64,000 nucleotides of DNA from Lama guanicoe (taxonomy: Eukaryota). Below the pieces are notes generated by a model. That model worked only from the letters and a program-made list of their open reading frames with translations. It ran no database searches and was not told the origin of the DNA. The stretch is taken from the NCBI GenBank assembly GCA_013239625.1, contig MU054323.1, positions 15,194,029-15,258,028 of the forward strand. Direction: 5' to 3'. This document shows, one piece after another, positions 12,606 to 25,842 of this stretch (position 1 is its first letter; each line of letters starts with the position of its first letter). The translations under genes and the position numbers were made by a program.

Positions 12606-14220
12606 ATGCTATTTATTAGCATCATTTTATTTTAGCAACAATTTTATTTCATCTAAAAGCAGCACTCTACGTTAATATTGGTTTACAGAATAATGAGGTC
12701 CCTACTGAAGCCTCTGTTCTCTTTTCATCAGCACCCTTCCCCTCACCTACCCCTCTTCCCCTCTTCCCCACTTGCCCCCTTCCCAAGGCAACCTGCAAAG
12801 CAACAGCAAGCTTTGCTAGATCGGACCTTCCTTCACAAAGGAAGATACTCCAAATGGTCCCCTTGCCATGTGGAAGTGAAGAAGCTGAGGATAAAGCTGG
12901 CAAAAAAATGTGTTCCGTTGAATGCTGCATCAAAATACATTACAGCTTGGGACACAGGATGCCAGAAGCAAGTATTTTAAAGTAAATCTGAAAGCAGAGG
13001 TTAAAAATGTTGACAACAACATATGCCATTTACCTTTCTTCCCATTTCTTCTTCTTGCTTTAAAGGTTTTCTTATTCTCTGCCCAAATATTTATTGATGG
13101 GAACTGATGAAAGGACAGAAATGAAAAAAAAAGAAAAAAGAAAAAAACACAATTGTCTGTGACCTTACTCTTTGGCTTATGTTTATTAAAATGGTAAAAC
13201 TGGATGAAGTAATTTTAATTCTGCTCTTTACCTTTCTTTTCTTTTTCACTCTTCATTCTGCTTTTAGATTGCTCTTTCTCTTACCTTGCTTTCCCTAGAT
13301 GTATCTTCCATTGTTAGCACTATCTGGAGTTCGAAAGTCTTTTCAAATGTAAAATTCTCTCTGCATTTACTGTCTGGCTTTTAATTTTTAATGTCTTTCT
13401 TTTTTTCCCCCACACCTACTACTTGCATTTTTCTTTCCCATGGATTTGATCTTTTTGGCAGGTAGCATTGTCTCCATTATTTCATCCTGCTCACATAAAT
13501 ATTGTCAAAGCACTCACCTCTGTTTTACACCAGAGGAGAAACTAATGGATACAGAATATGCTACCCCTTTTCTTTCTTTCAAAAAGAAATGTCTCCCTTG
13601 TAAATTTCCTTATATTTCCCTTTAATAATTAATCTAGTTTTTGTTATTTAAAAAGCAGTGTCATCCCCTTCTAAAGATTTGTTCTATGTTGGAATCTTGT
13701 GAATTCTAATCACTCGTAGAAAAGGAAAGTATTATAAGGAGTGAAAAGGATCAAAAGTGAGGAAGAGAACACCATTTCATCTGTTGTATTTCTTCTCTTT
13801 TTTAAAGGACAATTGTGTAAGATTTCAAATTTTATATAAATGCCTTAATTCTATATTGGTACAATTCCTAGCCTTCATGATACTTAAATAAGATAAAATA
13901 TTAGACTATGTCTCCTAAAATCTGAAAAATACATATTTTTAAAACTTACTACAATGGGATTATCTCTAGGAGACGTATTCTCAATGTGTTATATGCAAAT
14001 TTTGGTCAGTGAAATTATCGTTTCAGTGACTTAGCTTTTGTTTCTGGCATGAACCTGTGCCTTCTTAGGATCCCATCAAAGCATCTTTATATTAAGTTTG
14101 TTAAGACTTTTCTAGCAGGCAGAAAAGGGTAATATTAGTGGCTTGTAAGATTTTGGCCTTATTGAAATAGTTTGTGGACTGGTATAGCAAAAAAAAAAAA
14201 AATCTTTTTTTTATGTAGTA

Positions 14221-14486
14221 TAGTTGGTGTCAACTATCCCTGTGCCTCAGAACCATCTGAAGAGTTGATAAAAAACTACAAATGCCAGGAGGAAGGACCA
14301 ACATGGCGGCTAGGAGGGCACTGAGCTCACCTACCTGCACGAACACATTAAAAACTACAGATGTCAGAGCTTAAACTCTCAAAAATTCAATTTCAGTGGC
14401 CTAGGGGAAGGCGGCAAGGAGTGAGTATTTTAAAAGAAACTTCTGAGTTGATTCTAAAGTGCAGTTGGGATTGTGAACCATTGATT
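14221..14486. mobile_element. MER5-like hAT element interrupted by a 61-bp retro-insertion
   Basis: Degenerate termini (tagttggtgtcaac / gtgaaccattg) and MER5-like core on both sides of the insert. Confidence 0.6.
14289..14349 (+). mobile_element. Isolated L1 5'-end-like fragment with 18-bp TSD
   Basis: gaggaaggaccaacatggcggctaggagggcactgagctcacctacctgcacgaacacatt resembles remembered cetartiodactyl L1 5' termini. TSD at 14271-14288 and 14350-14367 (2 mismatches). Confidence 0.65.
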
Positions 14487-15834
14487 TAACGTCAGGTTGA
14501 TGAACTGTGGATGTGCATACATAGACAAGAGCTTCTTTGTGGCACAAGGCAAACTGTGGCTTCTCAACATGTGTCCTTTTAGTGGTATATCTCTTGGTGT
14601 CCTAAGAGATGACTTGAACTCTAGTCCCACAGTGGTTAAGTTTGCCCCTGCCTCTTTTTTTGCATGGCTATTATATGTCATTACTTTGAGGAGTAATATA
14701 AATATCCAAATTATTGATGAAAATCAGGGTGAGAGGATTAAAGAGTTGGGAAGCCAGAGAGTGCAGAACAATGAAGAGAGTGCATATGCTTTTGTTTCTG
14801 AATCTGCAGAGTGTGCCTTGACTCTGGTGATATCCGTCATGTCAACCTCTCCTGCAAACTTGCTGTTGTCTATCTATAGAGATGTGACATTAAGTAGCCC
14901 ATATACTGGGTTATTTATTTGTTTATAGGTTAATTGTTCAGAATATTGATCTCCTGGGCTCATTTTCCCATTCTTTCTCAAACACCCTTTCAAATCAATG
15001 GACATAAACTAGGATAGATTCTTCCACACAGGGGACTCTTAAAATTCTTTCTACTTGGTGCCTTTTTAAAAAATCACTCTTGTAAGAAAGCATAATCCAG
15101 TATAAATATTGCTACCACTCCAGAAGTTACTGCAGGGTTTTAGGCCCTCATTTTTGGAGAGCTGCAAGGAACTAATTGGAAGACAATAAATCGTTGACCA
15201 CTTGCCCTTTTGATTAATTTAGCAGTGATTATATAGAAAGGCCTCTAAGTTGCTAGAAAATTCTATAAATGTTTCAAAGGAAAAACTTGAAGATGTGTTA
15301 TTCAGCTATGTGAGGGTATCTGTGGGACCAAATCTTCCTTTAAAAATGCAATAAAAAAATATAAGCTTAATTCTGAGCAGTGGAGATACAGACTCTCACC
15401 TTCCCCCACTTTTCTACTTCCCACAGTTATAGTTGTACCATAACTTCTGCCTTAATTTTGTAAGGCATTTGTTTTTTTAATTAGCAAAAAAATAGTAAAT
15501 TCAGAGCCTGCTGCTTGGCCAGCGTGTAGGCATGTGAAGAGAAGCTGGGTCAGGGGCTCCCAAGGGCATGTAAATTACAGAATTGTGTGTAAACAGAGCT
15601 GGGAGGCCATTAAGCTGGAGAGAGCACTGCGGGGAAGCAGCATCTGGAGGGGAACCCTGATTTTTGCCTCTGGGCCCAAGAAATCAACCAGACCTGAGGT
15701 GACCTCTCAGAGTGAGGGCAGAGGAACTATTATGAGCTAAGAACTAGAAAACTGAATATGAAGAGAAGGAAGATTCCAGAATGGAGGCCTCAGTAGCAAA
15801 GAGGGATCAAAAACAGGAGATAGAAATGTAGGTA

Positions 15835-16730
15835 TGGACAAATGATCAATAGGCACATGAAAAAATGCTCAATATCACTAATTATCAGAGAAATGCAAAT
15901 CAAAACTACAATGAGGTATCACCTCACACCAGTCAGAATGGCCATCATTCAAAAATCCACAAATGACAAATGCTGGAGAGGCTGGGGAGAAAGGGGAACC
16001 CTCCTACACTGCAGGTGGGAATGCAGTTTGGTGCAGCCACTGTGGACAACAGTATGGAGATTCCTCAAAAGACTAGGAATAGACTTACCATATGACCCAG
16101 GAATCCTGCTCCTGGGCATATACCCAGAAGGAACCCTACTTCAGGATGACACCTGCCCCCCAATGTTCATAGCAGCACTATTTAGAATAGCCAAGACATG
16201 GAGACAGCCTAAATGTCCATCAACAATGACTGGATAAAGAAGAAGTGGTATATTTATACAATGGAATACTACTCAGCCATAAAAACTGGCAACATAATGC
16301 CATTTGCAGCAACATGGATGCTCCTGGAGAATATCATTCTAAGTGAAGTAAGCCAGAAAGAGAAAGAAAAATACCATATGAGATCGCTCACATGTGGAAT
16401 CTTAAAAAAAAACAAAAAAACAAAGCATAAATACAGAACAGAAATAGACTCATAGACATAGAATACAAACTTGTGGTTGCCAAGAGGGCAGGAAGTAGGA
16501 AGGGACAGACTGGGATTTCAAAACGTAGAATAGATAAACAAGATTATACTGTATAGCACAGGGAAATATATACAAGATCTTATGGTAGCTCACAGAGCAA
16601 AAAAATGTGACAATGAATATATATATGTGTTCATGTATACCTGAAAAATTGTGCTCTACACTGGAATTTGACACAACATTGTAAAATGATTATAAATCAA
16701 TAAAAAATGTTAAAAAAAAAAGATAAGAAA
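15835..16730 (+). mobile_element. Young 5'-truncated L1 (ORF2 C-terminal Cys-rich domain, 3'UTR, poly-A), 13-bp TSD
   Basis: ORFs 15842-16237 and 16213-16455 read as L1 ORF2p C-terminus ([30 protein letters not shown]...KCWRG...LLHCRWEC) with one frameshift near 16225. TSD agaaatgtaggta at 15822-15834 and 16731-16743. Confidence 0.97.
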
Positions 16731-17269
16731 AGAAATGTAGGTAATTCCAGGAGCAGAGAGAGCTAATATAGGGATGAGAGCTGGCAGAGACATCAGAAGT
16801 GAAGTGGAATCATGGGAGATGGGCCAGAGGCCTGGATAAATTCAGCCAACCAAGAGCAGGTTGCTTTAGTTGTCTGAATTCTGCCCTTAATTTTACACTG
16901 TTTTTTATATCTTCTTGTTTTCTTTGGTATTAAGATTAAGAAACATATTTTATTCTTGCTGGATCTAATGACACTTGCTATTGGACAAAGACAACTCTAC
17001 AGGTGGATAATTTGTTCCTTGAAAACATTGGTACAGCCTCTGTCAGATGAGGTTTTTTGGATCATTTTTTATTCTGGATTACAACTTTCAGCTTTTTTTT
17101 TTCTCATTTTAAGAGTCTGTGTATCTCTAGGATCATTTCTCACTCATGTGCTCTTGTTGAATGAAATGTGTTTTCTTAGCTTAACAGGCCACATGTAGAA
17201 TGGTAAAAAAAAATGTGGAACTTCATAGTTCTTGGCCATTACTGAAACAGTGACATTTTACTATAATCA

Positions 17270-17650
17270 CTTGGAAATGTGTTCTGCTATAATTAAGAGA
17301 TACTCCAAACACTGGCTTAAACACATATAGATTTATTTGGATCTGATACCAAGAAGTCCTGGAATGGTCCACTGTGATGCTGGTGGGGTCCTGGTTCTTC
17401 TCCGTCTCCTGCACATCTTTAGTCTAAGCAGCTCTCATTTCAGTGCTCTAGGCAGTACAAGAAAGAAACGGTATTATGCGACATGTACAGACTTGGGAAT
17501 CATTTCTTTCCAATAACAGAAATCCTCGGTTTGAGTATCAGTCACATAGCCATCTAGAGCTTCAGGGGATTATAGGGAAGTGAGTATTTCTGTCTTGGCA
17601 CACTGTCAACTTGGGTGGTGGAATGGATTTGGGTAGACAGCTACCAGCAT
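17270..17650 (-). mobile_element. Old MaLR LTR (MLT1J/K-like)
   Basis: 'ctggcttaaaca...tttatt...aagaagtcc...gtcacatagcca...tgggtagacagctaccagc'. Confidence 0.5.
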
Positions 17651-20324
17651 CACGCAAAAGCTTATGGATAAATGCGGGAGTAGCTGAATTCTTCATCCTT
17701 GAGAATTAGACCAATTACAGGACTAATTTCTAAATTAATAGTGAGATTAATCAGCTAATCTCTGCATCAGCCATAGTCCTCCAAATACAGTTGGATCACC
17801 TGGGCATCCTGCCCTTGAAAGCAGGTAAAAGCCCATAGTGGAGAAGATCCCCTGTGTTTTCAGTTACACAGACTGGCTTCAGATTGCCCATCCGACTGGC
17901 CATCTTCTTTTCATTTCTCTGGCTACTGAATCTCTCAGATTTATGCTCTTGTTACTCAGGACTACCTCAGACTCTGCTTCTTGGGGTGACCTGGAATCCT
18001 AGATTACTGGCTTTGTCTCACGAACCTCTTTTGTTTTATTGTGGTCCCTTGGTCCTTTGGCTCTGAAAAAAAGACATTCTCACACCCTTGGAATGGAGGC
18101 CATAAGTACTCCGTGATGTCTGTGTAGATAGAATTGAGGGGCCATGGCAATCTGGTTTAAGTGTGGGCCTGGAGTTCCTCTCCTGAATATGTGTTGCATG
18201 ATAAGGCCTTGGTTTTCGCTTAGATTCTCTGTTTATTCAGATGGAGGTCATGGGGATTGATAAGTGCTTCCAGTTTGCTTCCTGGAGTGGCGACTGACAT
18301 TTATATAGGAGGCTGGCCCTCTGTGAATGAACACATTTATCCCTAGATTATAATACAATATTTGACAACGTGGTAACAGCCTAAGTTCCTGACCCCTGTT
18401 TTTTCCTAGTGACAATTGTTTCTGAATAAAACGTAGGCAGATTTCCAAAAATGTAGAGCAATATTTTTATATTTTGCAATGCAGAGAGCTATATGTAGTG
18501 GTATTTTTCTTCTTATTCAGAAAAGAGATTGTATTCTTGTGTTCATAAGTGATTACTTAATCCAAACAAGATTGAGAGGGTGTGCTAGTCAAAAAACAAA
18601 AAAAGAGGTGAGAGTAGTTGGAGAAGGTGACAGCAGGGAATCAGCAGGAGAGCAGAGCTGGCTGACACAGGGAAAGTTTTCCATATTGTGCCCACCTGGG
18701 TTTTCTTGTCTTCAACTTTCTGAAATGCTGGCCTAATTCTCATGTTTGTAGAACTTTGCCTTTAACTTAAAAATGTCTGAATAAGAGGTGACATAAGACC
18801 AGAAATCTCAGAGAGAAGAGTTAAAGCCCCATTGTGACTCAAATCTGAAACATGGCCAAGTGTCACAGAACGTGGAAAAACTGCGTCAATTGTACTGTTT
18901 CTCCAGGTGAAAAGGCCACAAAAACCACAGATGTTTAAACTTGGAAGGAAACTTGTCAGAAGTGCTTTCTGGTGTATAGTCTGAATATTCTTTTGGAATT
19001 AAACAGTATCCCCCAGGGAAAGCAAGGATCTTAAATAATTTTCTTTAAAAACATTGATTTTCGTCATTAGAAGTAATGTATCTCTCTTTCTAATAAATGT
19101 AAAGAAGACAGAATCTTTTTTTTTTAAATCAACTTCTTCTTGGGGTTGGTCTGCCCTCTAGGTATACTTCATTTACAAATTGATCAAAACTCAGTTAACG
19201 ACCTTCACTTAGGCTGTTGCCTTCTAGCCCTTCTCTAGAACCTGCCTCTTCACTCTTCGTCGATGTGGCCCTCCCCAGCTGTCTCTTCCTCCCATGGAGA
19301 CCATTACATACAGGTAGAGAAGTTCTAGAACATGTGTTCATGTTCATCCCTACAGTTTTTTGCTGTTGAGCTTCATTATTGCGAACAGATTGCAAGTAGA
19401 CTGTCTTTAATATTCTCCTGAAGCATATTCATTTTGTGTGTCAGTTGGTGAATACCATTATGGAATAAACATGGCATTGTTAATTAGATATAATTGGTAG
19501 TTAGGTCATTTTCCCCTCAAAAGTCAGAAGAAATACAAATAAGTTCTTATATTTTGGTTGGTCTGTTACAATCAAATGGGAACAAAGCACGTACATTTAA
19601 TTTGTAGAAGCCACTAACTCTTGCCTTCCTGTTAGTTGTTTCATGAAGTTAGGTCAACAGTACTACGTAAAACAAAAGTATTGTATCCGAAACGGAAGGC
19701 CTTTTGGATTTACGTCATCGGAGTCTAGTAGTTGACCTTGAGCACAATTTGAGGCAAGGAAGAACTGAGCTCAAAAGGACCTCCAAATTTGGGGTCAAAT
19801 CTAGCAATATTTAACAAAAGAAGTCTGAACTCAGCATGCAGTCAATACATGATAGCTATGTAAGAGAGGGGATGTTGGGTTCTTTTGTTTTTATTTTTTT
19901 CTTTTCTGTTCATTCAAGGAAGATTATTTTTCATCTCCATTGTGTAAGGAATGAGGGGATGTGGTTAGGATGGATGACGGGAGGAAGTTTTTTGCGGTTA
20001 AGAGCTCTCTTTTCTACGAGGGAAGTGGTTTTCAGAGTGTACAGCCAGCAGCACTCTTCCCACAGGTGACCTAAATGCCTTTCTGTCTGTAATATGGAAA
20101 TATCTGTATTCTGGGTTCTACTATAGGTAAATAATTTACTTGCAATTTTTAAATTTTAGAACCCTGGTAAAATTTGGGGGATTAGCAAGTGAGAACAGAT
20201 GAGATAGATGACCTGAGGGGTCTTTGAGACCTTTGATAACAATGATGCCATGGTCCAAAATATGAAAAATAAATGTTTTCTTAAAAGATAACTTCTGCCT
20301 CAAAGTGAAGGAATAAGATTTTTT

Positions 20325-20412
20325 TTAAATGGAGGTTCTAGGGATTGAACACAGGACCTCATGCCCACTAAGTATGTGCTCTACTGCTAAGCTATACACC
20401 TCCCCCAACCCC
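20325..20412 (-). mobile_element. tRNA-Ala-derived short SINE (camelid Vic-1 type)
   Basis: Minus strand reads gggggaggtgtatagcttagcagtagagcacatacttagtgggcatgaggtcctgtgttcaatccctagaacctcca plus an A tail. Flanking direct repeat ataagatttttt at 20313-20324 and 20418-20429. Confidence 0.85.
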
Positions 20413-23400
20413 AAGTTATAAGATTTTTTAAAGGCTGATTTCTTTGTACAAACTTGAGTAAACAATTTAACTATGCATAATATACCTAATGGTTACTCAG
20501 ACTCCTTTATATCAGATATTACATAGGGACCCAGGACTGGAGTTCACTGGAAACTCAATTTCTTCAAATACTGTGTGTCCCCTATTCCTAGAAAAGAGTG
20601 AGTAGATCGGGTTCCAAGGAGAACCCCTATCTGCTGTGGTTTGGAACAAAAATGTGTACCAATACAATTCTCTCACTTGGTTATTTGAATTAAGAAACAT
20701 GAGGGAAAGTGGCCAGTTAGTGATGGAACCTGAGGTCAAAGGGCCAGGAAGTTGAGAGTTGGAGCAAACTTATGAATCAGTATAAACTATGGGAGCTTCT
20801 CTTCTGTGAAGAGCTGAGAGTGGAACAAGCATCCACAGAGGAATTGAGATGCCCTAAGGGAGAGATTATATGTCCTCTCTGCTCCTCGTTTCCGGAAACC
20901 TCTTAAAAACACACCACCAGTCCTGAGATTCGAGATACTGTTACGGTTTTAAAATACGTTTCACTTGCAATTTTATTTCTTCTCTTTGCAGCCAAACTAG
21001 CCATACTAGAGTAATCAGTTTTACTTAGACCCAAATAATTTTTGCAGGGGTGTGTTCAAGAAGCAATATTTTTCATATTCTTTATTTCATTGCTTCATTT
21101 TATTTCCACAGCAAACACATATTTTTCCTGAAATACAACACTTGTAACTAATGTGAATAATTTTAAAGGATGTGTTAGTGACATAACATCTTGGAAACCT
21201 TTGGAAATTTTTGAAAATAAAATACTCTTGAAGATTTTGATCCAAACCAATTTTCTAAGATGAATTTTTATTTGTAGTAGTAACAGTATACACTGTATGG
21301 TCTTTTCTGAGTTATAAGTCGTAGTCAGTGATTAACAGGGATGGTGATGAACAACTTGACAAAAGGGGGAAAATATCAGCTTTGTAAATATGTTGAAGTA
21401 ACTAGACATTTGATGCAACTTTTAAGTTTCTGTGTGTGTAGATACCACCTCATTGACCTATACGAGAAATTGTTTTATTTTATTGAATAATGACTTCCAA
21501 TTGGAGACTTAAATGTGTTTACTTTAAAACTTTACTCTTACTCTTGATGGAATCTCATTTTCTCCCCAGCTGTGGCCATGGCAGCTGGATGTGGAGAAGG
21601 TGCCAGCTGACACCTGGCGGAGTCCTCCCTCCCCATGAATCCCTCCCTAGGCATTGATTTCTCTGGTGTTGTGGACAAGAGGGAAGCATATGGGAGGCAT
21701 AAGTCTTTTCTCAGGACTGCTCATATATCAGAGGTGGATCTGTGTCTCCCTCTGATAGACTTAGTCTGGCTCTAACTGATGCTGGTCATATCTGCGGGCA
21801 AGGTTTCTACCCAGATGGTGTGCTTGGTTCTCTTTGAGTGGTACTTAACTTTTCCCCAGCTCTGTCACTGAAGCATCCCCCAGAGAAGCAGATGTGTCTC
21901 CCTTTTCTTTCCCCAGCCTATACCTACCTCAACTCCTCCTGTGGATTGGACATCCCATCTATTGCTCTAGCAGCTGTCTGGGCATTCTCAACCTATCTCT
22001 GTGCTTCCTTCTGCAGAGCTGAGACATTCATCCTCATGCTGGGAGGGCTGAGGAGAGCTGGGACGAGGTGCCTAGGAACACCAAACCCCTAAGCTCCACT
22101 GGCACAGGATGCTCCAGTGGTCTCCACTGTTCATAAATCTCTAAGCCAGAAGGAGGCATCATTCTTTATGTTTAAGGTTTTGCCCGCTAAAACTTTAAAA
22201 GAAACCTGTGAAACACCCACTTCCTCCTCTCCACAGTGAGGGAAACAGGCCAAAAATGATAATACAACAAACCTTTAGAGTTCTCCAAAGAATTCTCCTC
22301 AGGAATTCCTTGGCACGCTCCTTCCTGGGGCGTCGCCAGCAAGGACCTGAGGGGTCTGCAGCTCAGCAGCCCTCCAGCCAGAGAAAAAGATGTCATTCAC
22401 TTTTTCTTTCTGGAGGTCCTCACGAATGGTAACCTCGACTTTTCAGAGGGGAAACATCCCAGATTCCTTATGTTTTCTTCACAAATACGGCCGTACCCAT
22501 CTCGTATGGCTCCCTGATCTTCTTTCTGGATGTGAGGATTAGTGGGGGATTGACCACTTGGTGAAAGTTCTGCGCTGTGTCTCTCAACAAGTCCTGTAGG
22601 GAAGTTGCTGGCTCTAGCTCCAGCCGAGGACAGCTCCTTGTCAGTAGAGGAAAACTTCTGCTTTTTTTCCAGAACAATTCAGAAAATCCTGCTTTACCTA
22701 TAAATTAGAGACAATATTTGTCCCCAGCTCTTAACATTTTATTCAGCACTTTTCAAATACTGGAACTTAGTAAACATTTGTTAAAAATAAAGACAGGAAC
22801 AGTTTGGATAAGTTCAACTTTAATTTCAAGAAAAAAAAAACCTTAAGAAGCTTCCAAGAGAGATGGAAAATGTCTGATAGAATGAAAGGCTACGTAGAGG
22901 TTAGAATGGATTTATGAGAAGATATCAGATCCAAGTAATCTGACATAATTCCCTGCTGACATTCTCTGATGAAAATTAATGATTAGAAGATGATGTATTA
23001 AGATACTGTATACAGTTTAACTCAGGCAAAGTTGTGCACTTTGTAAAATAGTAGAGAAAAGGGATTTGGGAATCAGTACTAAAACAAACAGCCAACAAAT
23101 AGAAGTAAATATCGAGTTCTAGGCTGTGCCTATACACGATGAAGATATCAACCATTCCAGCTTGTGTCTTTTTTCAAAAACTCATTTGACTTTTATTTGA
23201 CTGACTTGACCAAACTGACTTGCTGTTTTGGAGCCATGGCAACAGAGTTGTGATGTGCAATTGGATCAGACAAAATAAATACAGATGGGCTTGACTATTT
23301 ATGATTTTTTTTGTTTTATGTAGCTATTTGTGGGATTGACTTGTGTAACACAGTTGCTAGTTCACATTTCCTATAAAGTTTCTCCCTCACCCCCCTTTTT

Positions 23401-23569
23401 TTTCAAAGGGAGAATTATATTCAGAGTAGGGTAGATTTTAGGAAGATTTGGAAAGAAGGAGTTACCAGTTTGTGCTTACTGTAGACAGCGTGGCCCTCCA
23501 AAATTCAGGAGGACCCTCACTCCATTTCAGAAGTGTTCCCTACTGAAATTGCATGTGTATTGGCTCATC

Positions 23570-23700
23570 AAGTGTCTCTCCCACTCAGCGTGGTAAGCTG
23601 CTTAAAAACTACATCCTATGTGTTTTTGCATTACCAGCAACTATCATGGAACCTAGCACATAGTAGGCACAGAATAATAGCTTAATGCATGAGTGAATAA
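23570..23700 (+). mobile_element. L2 3' end
   Basis: 'gtctctcccact...gtaagctgct...acctagcacatagtaggcac...tgagtgaata'. Confidence 0.7.
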
Positions 23701-25489
23701 TTATTAGAAGCCCTCACATCGGTCTCACAACCTAACCCTGGTATTTCATTTCCATGGAGTGAGAACCCAGTTACCCGAGTGTTCCCGAAGATACTGGTTT
23801 CTACCTAACCCCTGATATGGTTACTCAGTTCCTGATTCATGGGTGGGTGCATAATTGGGGTTAGGATTTTCTCCTGAAGTGCATCTTGTTTACCAGGACA
23901 CTGCTAATTTCCCAAGCCTCGTCTGCCCACTAGCCAGCATAGAACCCCACCGCTAGCCCTCGGTTGCAGAGACATTGCAAACCACTCATCTCCCCTGGAC
24001 ACCGTTACAAAACCTTTTATGTGACCATGATCATTGTCTGAGAGAGGCTCCTGCTTCCACGTTTGTGACTGGTGTCTCACCCCATTCAGAATTTTTTAAT
24101 ATTGATATCAATAAAAAAACGAGTTCCAACTTTCCTGCTGCTTTGGAATTTTTACTGCTGGGACCATTTCAGCTCATAGGAGGCTAGTCCTCAGTTTGAG
24201 TTAGTCTTGTGGTGTCAGAACAATTTGTCCCCAGTTTCCTGCCTTGGCCCATAAGCAGACAGGCAGATGAGATCATGTTCACACTGCTTCAAGTTTAGCA
24301 TCCTGGAATAGGATAGCCTTTTGCACCCCTCCATTCTTCTCTCAGCACCCTTCTGTCCACCAAGAACTTGCCATTCGTGCTGCCCACAGAGACTGAGAGA
24401 TTTCCAGTGTACACTAAGGTCATTGCTCTATTGGCGAGTTTTCCCCTTGGACCAGTCCCCCACCTCTATTTCATCCCCTTAGGACCATGGTCTCTACTTC
24501 TGCTGCTTGGATTGATCAGGGAAATTGGACAGTAAATATTTAATACATACTGAACATTTTGTAGGTCTCATGGATTGTATTGAATATTATAATATTCCTC
24601 TATTGTTCCAGGATCAATAAAAACATTCTCAGAAGTTATTGAACTATGAGGGGCTCTTCTGAATAAAATACATAGTAACAAGAACAAATGGGGAAAAAAT
24701 GTTGGGCTTTGTATAAGCTATTAAATCTGTTGATGCATCTGAGTAACACAGTTGATGACTTGTGATAAACAAACATTTACTGTGGGAAATATTTCAAAGA
24801 TCAGAAGCAGCCTCTTTTTGGTGGTGGTGGGGAGCAGCTTTTTTATTTGAGAAAGAAAAGATAATAGTTGAGGGATTCGGGCAACTTTAAAAAAGATGTG
24901 TTCATCCCCCATTGAGGACTTATTGATAATTTGATAATTTGAACTCTTTAAAAGTAAGAAAGTTAATACCAGTCTGATGAAATTCACATTTATTGCAGCC
25001 AAACTCTCTTTTCCCTATCCCTTCGTCCATGTGACACCCACCTCAGGGATTTGGTGGCTACCAAAAAAAAAAAAAAACCAAAAACTTCTGAGAATTTATT
25101 TTCTTTTCTGATTGTGTTTCCAGTAACAGTTATCCCAAACTTGTCCCATTTCCCACACTATCTCAAACATATTTTACTTCCCTTTCCCTTAGCAGATTTT
25201 ATTAAGTGTTATATTACTGAAATGATTTCAACCATCTGATAAACTATCTCTATCCAATATTTCTTTTCATTTTTGACCAAATGTTTCTATTTCCCTAAAA
25301 TTTTGGAGGAAGAAACATCTCTTCCTGGTGAGACTAAGCCTCTACTTTTCATAGAATCTCATCCCCCAGCCTCCAGTTAGACACTGACTCAGAGTCAGGT
25401 GCTACATCATTGTGTATATCATCAGGTCTTTTATAAAAAAATAACCCTTCATTCTGTACCTTTATCACTTAATATTGTCATCTTATGTC

Positions 25490-25790
25490 TTTTCCCTTTT
25501 ATTGCAAAACTCGGTAGAGTAGCTTTTGAGTGCTACTTGCTATCCCTTACAGTTTTCACCTAGCCCTTCATTAATGAAGTTCCATTAGCCTTGAATGCTC
25601 ATCATTCTACTCGAACTGTTTTTTTTTTTTCAGGATTAACAATAAACTCATAGTTAGTCATTTCGTTTCTCTTTGGGCTTCATCTTCCTCAACCTCCTTG
25701 CAATATATGGTACGGTTAACCCCTTCTCTCCTCTTGAATAATTCTCTTTGCTTTCATAACACCATGCTCTCTAAATTATCTTTCTACATT
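25490..25790 (+). mobile_element. L2 ORF2/RT-region fragment
   Basis: 'cttcatcttcctcaacctc...gttaaccccttctctcctcttgaa...ctttcataacaccatgctctc'. Confidence 0.65.
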
Positions 25791-25842
25791 AAAAAAAAAG
25801 CAGCTTTTTTGAGATATCATTCACATACCATGTGAATAATTT

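Noticed and set aside
19650..19745. Inverted repeat aggtcaac...gttgacct around a CpG-containing core with TTACGTCA
   Set aside because: Only 8 bp pair, with no extended hairpin. It is probably a very degenerate MIR head.
20325..20412. Functional tRNA-Ala gene (also 58249-58366)
   Set aside because: Stem-disrupting substitutions, an A-rich tail and flanking direct repeats indicate SINE copies.
20888..20899. Perfect 12-bp palindrome GTTTCCGGAAAC
   Set aside because: Palindromes of this length are expected by chance in 64 kb.
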